Shown: positions 50,755-64,000 of the stretch, piece by piece
Layout: every line of letters starts with the position of its first letter
How positions within the stretch are numbered: the stretch's first letter is position 1
Source of the DNA: Octopus vulgaris
Taxonomy: Eukaryota
NCBI GenBank assembly: GCA_951406725.2
Contig: OX597819.1
Coordinates: 87,482,001-87,546,000 of the forward strand
Direction: 5' to 3'
Length of the DNA: 64,000 nt
Notes under the pieces: model-generated
The model's input: only the letters and a program-made list of their open reading frames with translations
Told to the model about the DNA's origin: nothing
Database searches by the model: none
Program-made: the position numbers and the translations under genes

Positions 50755-53228
50755 GTCCTATTCTTATTTTAAATGATAAAATAACGTGTGATTTGAGAGA
50801 GATTTGGCTAATATTTCTAGCAGGTAGAGCGACCACTTAGAGGCTGCCGTGTTGGCACGTTGCAAATATGTTTGTGTTTGGCGGTGAGGAGAGTTGATTG
50901 AAATATAAATTGACCAGTGATCCAACCTGATTATATTTGTGGTTCTAGGATTTGAGAAGTCCTGCAAGTGATTCCCGTTTCTAGCACTGTTGAAAATGCT
51001 TGTTTAGCTTCAGATCAGCCGTGATAAATAGACCAAGCCTTTGCAGATGTTACCATGCACTCAGTCTTTTGTTTCTTCAATGTACCTAGGAATACATTGT
51101 CCTTCCTTTTTTTTTTTTTTAATTAAGATGGTAGGACGTGAATTTGAGGAGTTTTGTGTGATATTTCTAGCAGTTTAACAACCAGATAAAAGTTTAAGGA
51201 ACGCTGCAGTACTGGAGACAGAGTTAACTTTCTTTTAACTATAATGGATATTAGAAGAGTTATTAGTATGTATTTTTTCTGAATAATCGTCCAGAAAATC
51301 AACATGGTGCATATCATTAAGTAGCTTACTACAGCTCTAGATAGGTTTTTTTTCCCTTTAATCTTTCTTCACAGAGACGAGAAAAAGAGCAAAGTAAAAA
51401 TTACAATGAAAAAGAAAATATATATTTGTGTTTGATGAGACCGGCTACTGAATCAAAGTAGTTAAGAGCCAGTGGCTTTCATGACAAGCCCGAAACAATA
51501 CTGTCTCTACAATAGTGAAGTAATTCTCAAATCGTGCGCCGTGACCCGTCACGGGTTATGAACAGCTTAAAATGAGATCGTAGTAGAGAATGAACTTTTA
51601 ATTCAACTTGGCAATCTGTTTCTTTTCAGGTATGAAGAGCGGGAGGAAGATATAAAATATAGTGTTTGTACGAACAAGACATTGGTTGTATCATAAACAA
51701 AACAGCGATAATAATGTAGTCTTCTTTAACTAACTATCCGTTATAAAATGAACCACTATTTCAAATGATGTGCCTACATGTGGATACGCACGTACGATCA
51801 TAGATGTCAAAAAATAAAAAAAATAAATAAATAAACAGATCGGACTTAATATCAGCAGAACCTATGAAATAGATTAAACATTCTAAAGCAATTATAACGA
51901 ATAGGATATATTCCTGCGAAGTAGATCAACTGACATCCTATGACACTAATAATGGTTGCAGGTGATCCATTGTCGGTGAACAATGGTGACATCAGTGTGA
52001 TTTTCCTTGCTGCAGTATACATTGGTTTCTTGGACAAAAACTAGAATTTAAGAAGGAAATAGAAAATAATAATTAAAGTGATGTTCATTGATTTTCTAGA
52101 GAGGCATTAGGTGATGTAAGTGAAGTGAAATAAAATGGCCTACAACCGAGGATAACCTGACTCGGTAAATAAATGGTGTACCTCCAGCCCAAGCGACATC
52201 ACTTTTCCTTCCTTTCCACTCACAGATGAAGATTAATGTCCATCAAATCTATCCATCTTCTTCGCCTGCTTATTCTTGGATGGGTCGCTGAGGTAGAGTC
52301 CTCAAGAATGCAAGACATTCACCATATTGCTAATCCTGTCCGCCTGCTTCTATGTCTCACTTTGCATGCAATGCTGCAGAAATGACAATAGATGCGTACA
52401 GACGAAGTTTTGCATTTAGAAAAGAAAATAATAATGATAGGCTGAACACCCAGCCTGGGTTCGATTCTTGATTGGCGTAGTTAGAGGTAACAGCGCCGAT
52501 CGAGAATGGAACTGCCGATTTGAAATCCCGATGAAAGGCATTAAGAAGTTTGATTCCGTCTCCTCTATCAATATCAAACCAAGTACCAACGAATAAAATC
52601 ACTAAGGTTGTGAAGTAAGTAAAAATCGGAGAATGCTTAAACTGAATACCCCATAATTTAGTTAACCCTTGTAGATGATAGAGGAGGCGGAATCAAACTT
52701 CTTAATGCCTTTCAACACTGAGATCAATTTAGGCTTCCATTCCCAATGTGTTTTCCATCAAACAAATACCAGTAATATACCTGTATATTCACTATATATT
52801 ACTTCAATAGAATATAGTTCACATACATACATTAAAACACCTAAATTAATTTTACTATTCACCATCTGATCCATTAGCTTTACCAGTGTTGAAATTTGAA
52901 TCAATAAATTAGATGACAATGAATATGAGAATACTACCTCCAGAATGTGTTTGAGACAGTTCAGTAAGAGAGAGGGATGAAGAGAGAGGGAGAAGAGAGA
53001 GAGGGGGGGAACAAACGATAATAAATGAGAATGAGATATTTCAAGAATTCTGTTTAAGTAAACAAATATTTCCTATTTAAAAAGCGGCAATCAACATTTA
53101 TTTTTATAGACCTATAATCACAAAAAGTAAAAATTAAGTTATTGGGGTCTATGAACAACGATAGAGTTAGCGCCAAAAATTTCTATTCTAGTTGCCATGG
53201 ATCAGAGACTATATACAACAGATTCCAC

Positions 53229-53260
<32 letters not shown>

Positions 53261-54825
53261 GTTTACACACGTAACAAAAGATAACTTAATGAGGACTTGA
53301 AGCGTAACCGCCATAGAAATTTCTTCACATAAAAGCTTGTCACTATCTGGATTTGCTGGACGCTCACAAATACGGAACGGAATGCGAAAACTTCCCAAAG
53401 CTCCTTTTTACGGTTGAGTTTATTTTACAGGCGCGAGTCATAAGGGTCACATTAGAAATTAAGCCTCGGCGGATTGAACATTTAGGTCAGAAATCTTTGA
53501 CAGTTGTTGAACAGAAATAAATGAAGCCGAAAATTATTTGAAGTAAATATTCTACAATCAATGGTGTTCACACACCGCCTCTGGCTACCCTCCCACCTCT
53601 CTTAACTCCTGTCATAATACCCTCCATGCGATTTCACAATCTGCTAAAAATGACAGCCAAATCTCCCTTAGATTACATCCTACAGTTTTGAAATAAGAAT
53701 ACTTTGGACAATATAGTCTACGACATATAAAAAGAAAAGGTCAAGGCTAGAACGCCTTTGCTTATAAGTTTGCTCAGTCAGGGTTGACCTGAGGTTAAAT
53801 AACTCAAATTTCGTTCAAAACATGGTTAAACCCTATTTCCCTAAAAGAACCAAATTTTCACTTGAACTTTCGCCCTATCCATATTTCTCTACCAAAATAC
53901 CAGCCTAGAAATATTGAGACAGATCCTTAAAAACATAAAACTCAACCAATTAAATGGAGTCAACGGGAACAGTCCCTTCTCCAGGGTTTTAGAAAATCTA
54001 TGTCGCATTATCATAGTGAGCAGAACTTTCCGGGTAATTTGAGTACATATCAAATAGGTATCAAAACAACTGGAATCAGCTGTAACTTGAAACCAAGATC
54101 ACGAGATTCAAAGAGATAAGTAGAAACTTGTGATACTCTTGTCTTTCCCGGAAGCAAACAAAACTTGATTGAGGACTCAACATGCTAATTTCCTTCTACT
54201 CGAATAAACTGGAAAAGTATGCATGTAAAAAACTGTATGTATGTTAGTACGTATGTATATATGTATGCCATTGTTACTACATGCATTTTACCATTGTTGG
54301 TTGTGATATAATGGAATAAGTGTTCACTGACTATCTGTTGAGGTAAAACATCCAGTAAAGAGTTCCAAGCAACTACAACAGTGAAGCGTACTTAGGAACA
54401 AATGATATAAACTTGTGATTATCGTAATTTCTTCTACGTTTGCTCTACATAATATAATTAGTAATACTTAACTACTATACTGGAAGCCAAATGGACGATG
54501 ATAGTCAATGTGGAGCTCCAAACTTAACGGTAGCAGTCGTGCATCGATTTCTACACAGAAGATACACAATAAATGCGTGAGAGAGAGAGAGAGTTTTTAA
54601 ATGGCCGCAATTGCGATGCGTTTCACTATGCCGCGCTTGGAATCTGTCCCCCGCCTCCAATGTTTTTGATAGATCTTTGCCAAACCAATATTATTGGGTG
54701 ATCTTCGTCTTCTATCAGGGTTATATATGTATGCGAGAGTGAAAAAGAGAGAGAGAGAGAGAGGTAGACAGACAGACAAGGATCACAGAAAATATCAGAG
54801 TAGTAGTGTCGCTGGCTATTGATTA

Positions 54826-55017
54826 CAGTAATCCCTCGCCATATCGCGGTTCACCTATCGCGGTTTATTATTTAAGCTTACGTCGATTCCTTCGTGGGTT
54901 GTTTTGCATTTATAACAAAATAAATATATACAATACAGAACTGTTTCTACTTAGCGGATTTTCATCAATCGTGGGGGTTTTGGGAACGTAACACCCGCGA
55001 TAGTCGAGGGATTACTG
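54826..55017. mobile_element. Tc1/mariner (pogo/Tigger-like) MITE with TA TSD
   Basis: TA-cagtaatccctcg...cgagggattactg-TA. Confidence 0.85.
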
Positions 55018-56926
55018 TACTTCCTTAACTGGATCCACTTCATTTGTGAAAGTCATGACTATCTTATAACCTCATTTCTCTGCTAAAATAATTTAACAAG
55101 TAAATAAAACGTATGTCTAAATAAGAAAACATAAGTTACGACGATCTGAGCTCGAAAAATTGAGCTTGAAATCTTGATTAAAGACATCACTTACATTGCT
55201 AATATATGAATGTCACAACCTCTAGCTTTCCTCACTTCTAAAAGAAATACTAGGAATCGTCGTACCATGCTTACAGGTGAATTGTTTGCAGAGGGCAAAG
55301 AGGACGAAAAGAAACGTATGCTTGCAAAGAAATCATTTTCTTTTTAATGTTATTTTGTTCACGCATACACTTAGGGTAACAACTTGACAAAATTCCTATT
55401 CATTTCTCATATTTTCTCCCGTGTTTACCAGTACACGTTAAAGGCTTTTAGGTGTCACACAAGATTAAATAGACTTAAAGTCTTGATAACTTGTCACTTA
55501 CTGACCAATCTCCAGACAGGCTCCATAAACAAAGAACGATGATGTGCATACTGTTAAGTATGGAATGCATTAGTCAGCAGGTCTATAAGATACACACGTA
55601 CGCACACAAAAAGTCTTCTGTATATGTAAGATATTTGCTTACACATGTGACTTTAAAATGGAAGACATGAAAAAGCAGATATTTCATTGCAAATCAAAGG
55701 GAAACAATAAGCAATTGTTAGTTTGAAGAAATTTTTTGAAATAAAATCAACTTTAATAGTTTTTTTTTTTATTTGTGGTTATTGTTAAAAACTTTTGCTG
55801 GCAGAATGTTTAGCACGTCGGACAAAATGCTTAACGGTATTTCGTCTGCCATTACGTTCTGAGTTCAAATTCCGCCGAGGTCGACTTTGCCTTTCATCCT
55901 TTCGGGGTCGATAAATTAAGTACCAGTTACGAACTGGGGTCGATGTAATCGGCTTAATACCTATGTCTGTCCTTGTTTGTCACCTCTGTGTTTAGCCCCT
56001 TGTGGATAGTAAAGAAATAGGTATTTCGGCCGTCTTTACGTTCTGAGTTCAAATTCCCCCTTTACTTTTTATCATTTCGAGGTCGATAAAAGAAGTACCA
56101 GTCGAGCACTAGAATTAATATAATTGACTAGCCCCCTCCTCACCACCAAATTTTAGGCCTTGTTCCTTGAGTAGAAGAGAATTATTAAAAGCTTCAGGAA
56201 GCCAGCGAGCTGGCAAAATTATTAACATATTGGAGAAAATTCATAGCGCCATTTCTTCTGGCTCTACATTCTAAGTTCAAATTCTGTCGGGGTCGACTTT
56301 GCCTTTCATCCTTTCGGGGTCGACAAAATAAATGCTTTAAGCATGAACTTTTCAAAAGACTTTGAATGATATATTTTTTTTAATGAATTTCAAGACATTC
56401 ATCACGTCCGCAAAAACTTTCTAGTTAAATGGTGTTTTTAGCATAACCAATATAACGAGCATCGAAAGCCTAATTAGAAATAATTAGGCGGTGAGGAAAA
56501 GACAACATTAATTTAATTATTACTATCGTTTTGATAATTTCAGCAAGTACGAGGAACAACTCCTGGAATGTATAGGTCTTATAATAACTCATCAGCTAAG
56601 CACAGACTTCACTGTTGTGCTGAAATAGACTTAGCCAATTAAGAGATCACTAAAATGTACAATACAGGAGTTAGCTTGGGCATTTAACATATTTAGATTC
56701 AATAAATTGATTGATAAATAAGATTATCTTTTCTAGACTGCATCCGATTTACGCGCAGACATGGTTGTATGGTTAAGAAGCTCACTTTGTACCTACGCGC
56801 TTTGGGTTTCAATCCCACTGCGAAGCACCTGAGGCAAATGTTTGCTACTATGGCTCCAGGCCTACCAATGCCTTTCGAAAAAATTTGGTAGGTGGAAGCC
56901 TACCGTGTGCACGCGCGCGCATTGTA

Positions 56927-56972
<46 letters not shown>

Positions 56973-58541
56973 CGCGCGCGCGCATTTTCGTGTTTGTCTT
57001 CAACATCGCTTGACAACCAGCGTTGATATGTTTATATCTCCGCAAACTTAACGGTTTCGAAAAAGAAACCGATAGAATACGTAACAGTCTTTAAAAAAAA
57101 GCCCTAAGTACTAGGGACGATTTGTTCCACTAAATCCTTTAAGGCGGTGCCCCAGGTCGGCCATAGTGCAATGACTGAAACACGTGAAAGACAGAAAAAA
57201 TGAAAGGATGCAAAACTAATCCAGTTGATTGGAAATGATTCGTTTATTTATAACACTACAATCACTAACTCACAACTCCCTCGGTTTTATTTTTCTATCG
57301 TTACTATAGAAGCTCTTACTTCTATAAACGACAAGGACAACGCTAACATTCCGGACACTGATCTCAACTATAATCTGCAAAATTTTACAAGCAGAAACTC
57401 CTACTTCATTTAATTAAGTACATTTTATATTTGTTTTATTTAGAGTGTGTTGATCAAAGTGACCAACCCAGATTTGGAAAAATTAGTAATCTGGAAAGGT
57501 TTTGGATTCAAAGATTCTGGAAAATCGATGATGTACATGTACCAAGCTACAAAACAACCCAGTTCAAATATACTCGGAGCATTCACCTTCTCTGCGAGGT
57601 TTAAACCGGTTGGCAACAGTCTACCAGCCTAAAATACGAATGTTCCCTGCAATGGCCTGCCACACAGTTTTGCACATACCAATTTATGCTCACTAGGATT
57701 CTGTCGAACCGCAGTTATAAACGAAAACAGTTCCCCCAAGGTATCACACAGCCGGGTCGCACATGAAACTACGAAGATGCAAAGCGAATCTCTCAACCGC
57801 AGAACCATGCTTGCGTCCATATATTTTTAAATGATATTCGTTGATTTTCAATGAAATCCCATTTGGAATATTGTACCTGCTAGTAGAAGCGATTTGATAA
57901 ACAATTTTAGGGTTGTCTCGCCCCCAAATCGCAAATTCTACCTCTGGACCAATGGTTCTTAACTTGGGTCCATATGGTCCTTGGAGATCCGTATTAGATT
58001 TTTTTGTTAAAATGAGCAATAACCTGCTTATATTTCTACAGTACACCAAATATTTGAATTTCTTTTTATACAACTCCTAATAATATTTACTGATAAGAAT
58101 ACATTAGGATTTTTTAAACATTAAATGGCTATGGAGGTCCACCTCAGTAAAATAAGAATCAAAGGGGGTTCATAGACAAAAAAAAAAGTGGTTGAGAACC
58201 AGTTTCAGACAAGTAAATTCCAACTTCCTCAGACAAAGATGTCGTCACTTGCCAGTAACTGTTAATCAACTTATCCAGAATCTTAACCCTTCACTAATAT
58301 ATACATACGTGAGAGAGAGAGGGGGGGTAGGAGGGAGGAGAAGAGAGAGAGGAAAGGCAAGGGTACGAGAACGGAGGTAGAGAGTGAGAGAACCCGGGTA
58401 GAAGAGGAGGAAACAATAAGAGAACCGTGGGGTGGGGTGAGAATATAGAATAGAGAGAAAAATTCAAAGAAATATTACTGCTTTGTCATATCCTGTATTA
58501 ACACTCATATCCTAGTACAGTGTTTTGGTTTGCTGTTAGCC

Positions 58542-59015
58542 AATAATAATAATGAAATTATTGTATACAGTGCTCAGGTGCACCACAGCTTGTCAAAAGT
58601 GCGTATAAAGTATATACAGTAATGTCTGGTAAGTGAACAGTGTGAGTCAGGTACATACTTGCGTGTGTATGGAGGGGAGAAAATCAGGTGTAGTGTTGGA
58701 GAATCTCAGGAAGCTTGGAAGTTTTGAAGGATGCAGTGCTCCGACAACTAACAATTGAAGCCGGCAGTTTGTTCCATACTTCAGCAACTCTTAGCGTGAA
58801 AAAATGTTTCCTGAAGTCATGGGAGCTGTGCTGTTTTCTGACTTTGTAAACATGTCCACGGGTGTTAGACAGGTGGAGTTTGAAAAGGTGCTCAGAGTCA
58901 TTGTTAGTAAGATGGTTAATAATTTTATGGGTGTCTGCCAAGTCATCTGCCAGATATCGGAGTTTCAATGTGTCCATGCCCAGGGAAGTAAGGCGTTCAG
59001 AATATGGCAAATGCC
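58542..59015 (-). mobile_element. 5'-truncated CR1-group LINE (ORF2 C-terminus, 3' UTR, (ATT)n tail)
   Basis: YSERLTSLGMDTLKLR...TRGHVYKVRKQHSSHDFRKHFFTLRVAEVWNKLP is the classic CR1 ORF2 C-terminus. Confidence 0.9.
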
Positions 59016-60648
59016 TGATGGGGGGTACAATCAGTCAATCCCTGTTTCAGCTTGGCGATGATTAATCCCATCATGCAATTGTCTTCGTGGTACACTGATG
59101 CATTTCGCAAGGGAAGTTTTTTTTTGTTTTTGTTTTTAATAAGTCTTAAAGAAAGCTATTTAGTGTGTGTGTGTGTGTGTATACATACACACAAATGTCA
59201 GGTAATAACACGTCTGATGAAATATTGGTTTCAAATTTTGGCGCAAGGCCAGCAATTTAGGAGAAGGGATAAATCGATTACATTCGACCACAGTGCTCGA
59301 CTGATATTTTATCGACCCTGAAAAGATAAAAGGCAAAGTCGATCTCGGCGGCATCTGAACTCAGAACACAAAGACGGACGAAATGCTACTAACGATTCTG
59401 CTATCCCGCTGCCTTCTATGACATAATATTACCTGAAATTTAGGTGGTGAGTTGGCAGAACCTTTAGCACGCCGGGCAAAATGCTTATCGGCATATCGGC
59501 CGTCTTTAATTCCGCCGAGGTCGACTTCGCTTTTCATTCATTTTAGATATATAAAATAAGTACCAGTAGAGTACTAAGGTCGATGTAAACGACTTATCCT
59601 CTCCGAACTTGCTGGGCCTTGTACCAAAATTACCAGTAAGTACCATAACCTCTTTCGACGAGAACATGGCGGGAACTCATCTCAGCAAACTAGCTAAACA
59701 CACATCTGTTTATATAGAGTATCACCTGCGTATAAATTGTGAACAAACCTCATGACGATCGCTAATCAGGAACTGACGTTACCATCCAGACATATTGTAA
59801 GGTGTTGTTACGATATCGATCAACTTACCACACTCTCCCAATTCCGTATACCAAAATGTAAATTAATTTTGGATAATTTTCCTGAAAAAATATGTCTACT
59901 TAGTAGAAGACTTAGAACTGACAGTGAGTTTGGGGAACAGTTACGAATTTTTTAGGATCTATTCCATCTCAATCACAGATTTTTCATTTTTTAACTAAAC
60001 AGTTTGAAACTTCGAATTCTGGTAGAATTTCTCACGTAGAAGACGGTTTAAAATCTTGTTGATTAATATTGTCTTATTAACAATATATGTTTATCACAAC
60101 CCATCCAACTCTACTTTGGTTATGATTATTCGAGCCAACGAATAAGCTTCTTAGTGGTTACTCGACTTGCTAGAAATAACGGCTAAATCATCATCAAATG
60201 ATAGCCTCATGTCTTAGATTTGATGGAAGGCGTTTATTGCGATCACTTAGGGACGAAACATTTTCACTAACAATAAAAGGGTGATAAAATAAGTCAAATA
60301 GAGAGGATCTACATTTTGTATCGTAAAAAAAAAAAAAAGACAGGAAATTGTCACGTCTGAAACCTATTTGATTATATTTCTACGCAATTAGAATTGAGCT
60401 CAGACTTAAGTACACTTATATTACATTAGAAATAAATATAACTCCAAATATATCTTCTCAGTAAATAATGCAGATTTTTAAAAAATCTGTAACAACCTGG
60501 TGGTGTCATCTCTTCCTCAACCGAAAGCCAGCCGAGTTTTCAAATTTTAAACCACTTAACTCCATAGAATATTTCAATAAAGAGTGGAGAAAAAAAAAGT
60601 TTCGGAAATCCTGGTGACCTAAGCAACACGATCTCTATATTCTCTTTC

Positions 60649-61225
60649 ATATATACATACATACATACACACATGTATACATACATATACACACACATAT
60701 ATACACACATATATACATGCATATACACACACATATACATACGTACACATACACACACATATACATACGTACACATACACACATACATACACACATACAT
60801 ACATATATATACATACATATAAACACATAAACATATATACATACACATACACATATACACACAAACACATACATACACACATATATATATATACATACAT
60901 ACACATACATCTATATATACATACATACACATACATCTATATATACATACATACACATACATCTATATATACATACATACACACATGCATATATATACAT
61001 ACATTCACACATGCATATATATACATACATTCACACATGCATATATATACATACATTCACACATGCATATATATACATACATTCACACATGCATATATAT
61101 ACATACATTCACACATGCATATATATACATACATTCACACATGCATATATATACATACATTCACACATACTTTTACACACACACACACACACACACACAT
61201 ACACACATACACACATACATACATA
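60649..61225. repeat. (AC)/(AT) microsatellite containing seven copies of a 26-bp unit (60981-61162)
   Basis: Unit acacatgcatatatatacatacattc; track ORFs recur at 26-nt offsets. Confidence 0.95.
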
Positions 61226-63390
61226 CCCACGTCGTCGTAACCGACGGAGTGCCGAGTATGTGTGAAGGATGAATGTACGAAACGATAAATTTATTTTTAC
61301 TCCTAACGGAAAATCAATAGATTAAACTTCTATGGGTTAATTTTTGCCGATGCTGATCAACACCGTTTCCTCAGACTTTACGGAAAAATCACTTAAAGCG
61401 GTGAACTGACAGAGCCTTTAGAGCTTCCAGATGAAATGCCTTGCTTTTGTTCAGGTTTCTTGCGCTCCGAGCTTGAATCCCACTGAAGTCAACTTCGCCT
61501 TTGAGGCATACCGAGATCAATAAAATACATATCTAAGGTAAGTGATAGGCTGGCTGAAGCGCTAGACTGCTGGACGGGATTCCTTGCTGTATTTGTTTCG
61601 GGCCTTTACGTTTTGAGTTCAAATTCCTTCGTAATCTCCTTGGTTGGAAGATATAATCCGTTGGCGATTCAAGATCACCATTTAGTTGTCAAGAGCCATT
61701 AGAAGAGTCTAACTTGTTGCTTGCACCGGGGACATGCAACAGGCTTCAGGATAATTTACCCCGCCCTTCTACAAATATTGAAAGCCCTGCAAAGAGATGT
61801 GGGCACCATCATCTCTTCGGCTAAACGGTAAGAAAAATATACTGTTCAATAATTTCATCTTTCTCCACTACATTTTCTTTAATATTAATTTAATCACAGA
61901 ATAAACCGCAATAAAACGGGAGCACATCTACGTCGCGTCTTATTTTTTAGAAAAAGCAATCACGCCGACTGTATGTGTGCTTTTGAAGGAGATTTAGTTG
62001 CCATTTCTAAGAAGTCGAGCGACCATAGCAGAGACATTATTTGGTAGTTAGTTCATAAAAACTTTTAAGATCAATGGATTACCAGATGCCTTCAAAGCAT
62101 CTGTTAATCTGTTCCAACTCTTAAATCAACTCCACCATTCTTGTCAATTAATCGGATTTAATAACAAAATTATAGCTATCATGCAAGAATATGTAGTGTC
62201 TTCTAGACTACATATATTTTATAAGAACTCGTGTAAAGTATTTCCTCCGGCTTGCTTTTTAATTGCATGTTCCATAGTTCTGCATCCCGTAGACGATCCC
62301 TGATTCGGAAATTCCAGAGTTTTCAGTAGCGAACTCCTGCTTACCTCTGTAGTCGTGGTGTGCGCAGAGGAGATATTTCAGCTAGTGAAAGACCACTGTG
62401 ATTAAAACCCAGACCAGACGTTGATGTTGCATTTCTCGATCGGGACATTTGGCGTGTCAGATCCAATTGATTGACAGTTTCAAATATTTCACAGAACCCA
62501 GTAGGGGATTTTTTAAATGTTAACTTACTCGATACATCTAACTATATTATTGAAATAATTTTCTTTGAAAAATGAAATAACTCTTCCACAACGACATTAC
62601 GGCTCAATGATCACCTCACACACATTAAGCAGAACACTGGTATTTGATCCATGGAACATTAATATTCAGATTGTTTGTTCATAACACAAAATAATAATGT
62701 TCGTCAGAAAGTTTTACAAAGCGTTTTATGATTATTAAAGTCTTATCACGTGTCATTGCAAAAGTATGCCATCATGGAAGCAATCATAGTTTTTTCTGTA
62801 GAATGCTTATGAGATACCACTTAAACATAAATTTACAATGGCATACTTTTAAACAGGAGTGAACCGAAAATCCTCACTACAAACCATAAAAATTAGTCAT
62901 GGCCTGAGCTGCTGTTACCTAAAAGCTTTCCGTCGGTATTTTGTCTTCTTTGATGAGATGAAAAAACTGAACTTAATCAGTAAAGCATACAATCTGAGTT
63001 TCGTATTGTTTGAACAAAGCACTGGATTTAAAGTAAATTAATCTTTAGTATTATTGTATGATTTAAAATCTATGTTAAAGTATATAGCACATCATCATTT
63101 GGGTTTGCTGAAGCACATCTGTCGAGTCACTTCAAAGATGACAACAACTCTACAATCTGCGGATTGGAATAATTAGTGATTAGTGCATCGCTCCAAAACC
63201 CAATACCGTCTTATGGTACTGATTTTTGGAGGCAAGCAGTTGTATTGAGGTACCCACGAATGTAGGGAGGTCGATTCCTTCTATGTATGTTGAGGCCGTG
63301 CACGCAGGGCCCTAATGCATTGCTTTGCTCGAGGACCTGATATGCCGTGACGACAGACCTGCCCAAACCTCGCTCAAATTGGATAAATTA

Positions 63391-63598
63391 CGAAGGGGTG
63401 TTGAAAAGTGTGTGGCTTTTGGTGACAGAAAATACAAGAGGATCAGTTAATTATGATTTTACTCCCCTCTCAGATTCACACACTTACTGCAGCTGTCCTT
63501 CAGCTTTTCTAAGCCCCGTAAAATAACTCGGACGGTTGAGCCTCCCACCAGGCCTTTCGCGACACCCTTAAAGCTAAGATTTTTTCAGCACTTCCTCG
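63391..63598. mobile_element. mariner-type MITE with TA TSD
   Basis: TA-cgaaggggtgttgaaaag...ttttcagcacttcctcg-TA; body is the reverse of 33640-33847. Confidence 0.75.
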
Positions 63599-64000
63599 TA
63601 TATTATAATTACTATAGGGTACTGATAGGGCACAGAAAGTGTGTCTAAAGCCAGCTGGAGGAGGTGTCCTCCTGGGGCTACAAACTACAGTAGCATCCAC
63701 CCATTAGGGGTTAGCCATATTTAAATGGCAAATATACGTATAATTACTATATTATCTTGTAATACAGTTGTTCGTTTTAAAATATAGCTATTATAAATTT
63801 TATAAGTATTGCTGTATATAAAAAAAATTTTATGGGGTGGAAGTTAAGCGTCTGGCTACAAAACACAATGTCCCATTCAATCTCAGTTCCCAGGAAAGTC
63901 TTTATGGAGAATGGAGTGTGACAGTGTAACGAAGACAACAGAGAAATCGGTGAAAGAAATGCTAGGCGGAAAATGTAAATATTACAACTCCCACTCACCG

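Noticed and set aside
57444-57632. Plus-strand exon after a good acceptor
   Set aside because: Two frames equally open, no recognisable domain, no convincing donor or partner exons.
21083-59220. Isolated CTGATGA/CTGAAGA hits (21083, 22475, 25291, 31840, 59214)
   Set aside because: No correctly placed GAAA, stem III and stem I.
60981-61162. Regular 26-bp repeats as a CRISPR-like array
   Set aside because: No unique spacers, microsatellite-derived unit, eukaryotic context.
29151-61545. Scattered plus-strand GTAAG donors (29151, 36985, 42928, 44877, 47901, 61538)
   Set aside because: No consistent open frames or acceptors link them; expected by chance in 64 kb.

Overview
AT-rich, microsatellite- and SINE-dense animal genomic DNA. 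The repeat families look like those of octopus/coleoid cephalopods (inferred from repeat content, not proven). The left ~21 kb appears to be the 5' part of a minus-strand gene. It has one large exon (14069..12436) encoding a Ser-rich PH-domain protein, preceded in the same exon by a frameshifted, stop-interrupted remnant of a second PH domain, plus candidate 33-nt and 9-nt microexons. The rest is mostly intergenic or intronic: tRNA-derived SINEs, several MITE families with clear TIRs/TSDs, LINE 3' fragments and a decayed hAT transposase. The most striking structural signal is a set of sequence-unrelated fold-back elements each carrying a type I hammerhead ribozyme core (15.6 kb, 21.8 kb, 50.6 kb; degenerate at 38.0 kb), one fused to head-to-head tRNA-like Pol III heads. 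There is also a duplicated 28S rRNA/local-DNA chimeric cassette at an apparent inversion scar (15.9-17.0 kb). Most ORFs in the supplied track are microsatellite or SINE artefacts. All calls were made by eye; no searches or folding programs were run.
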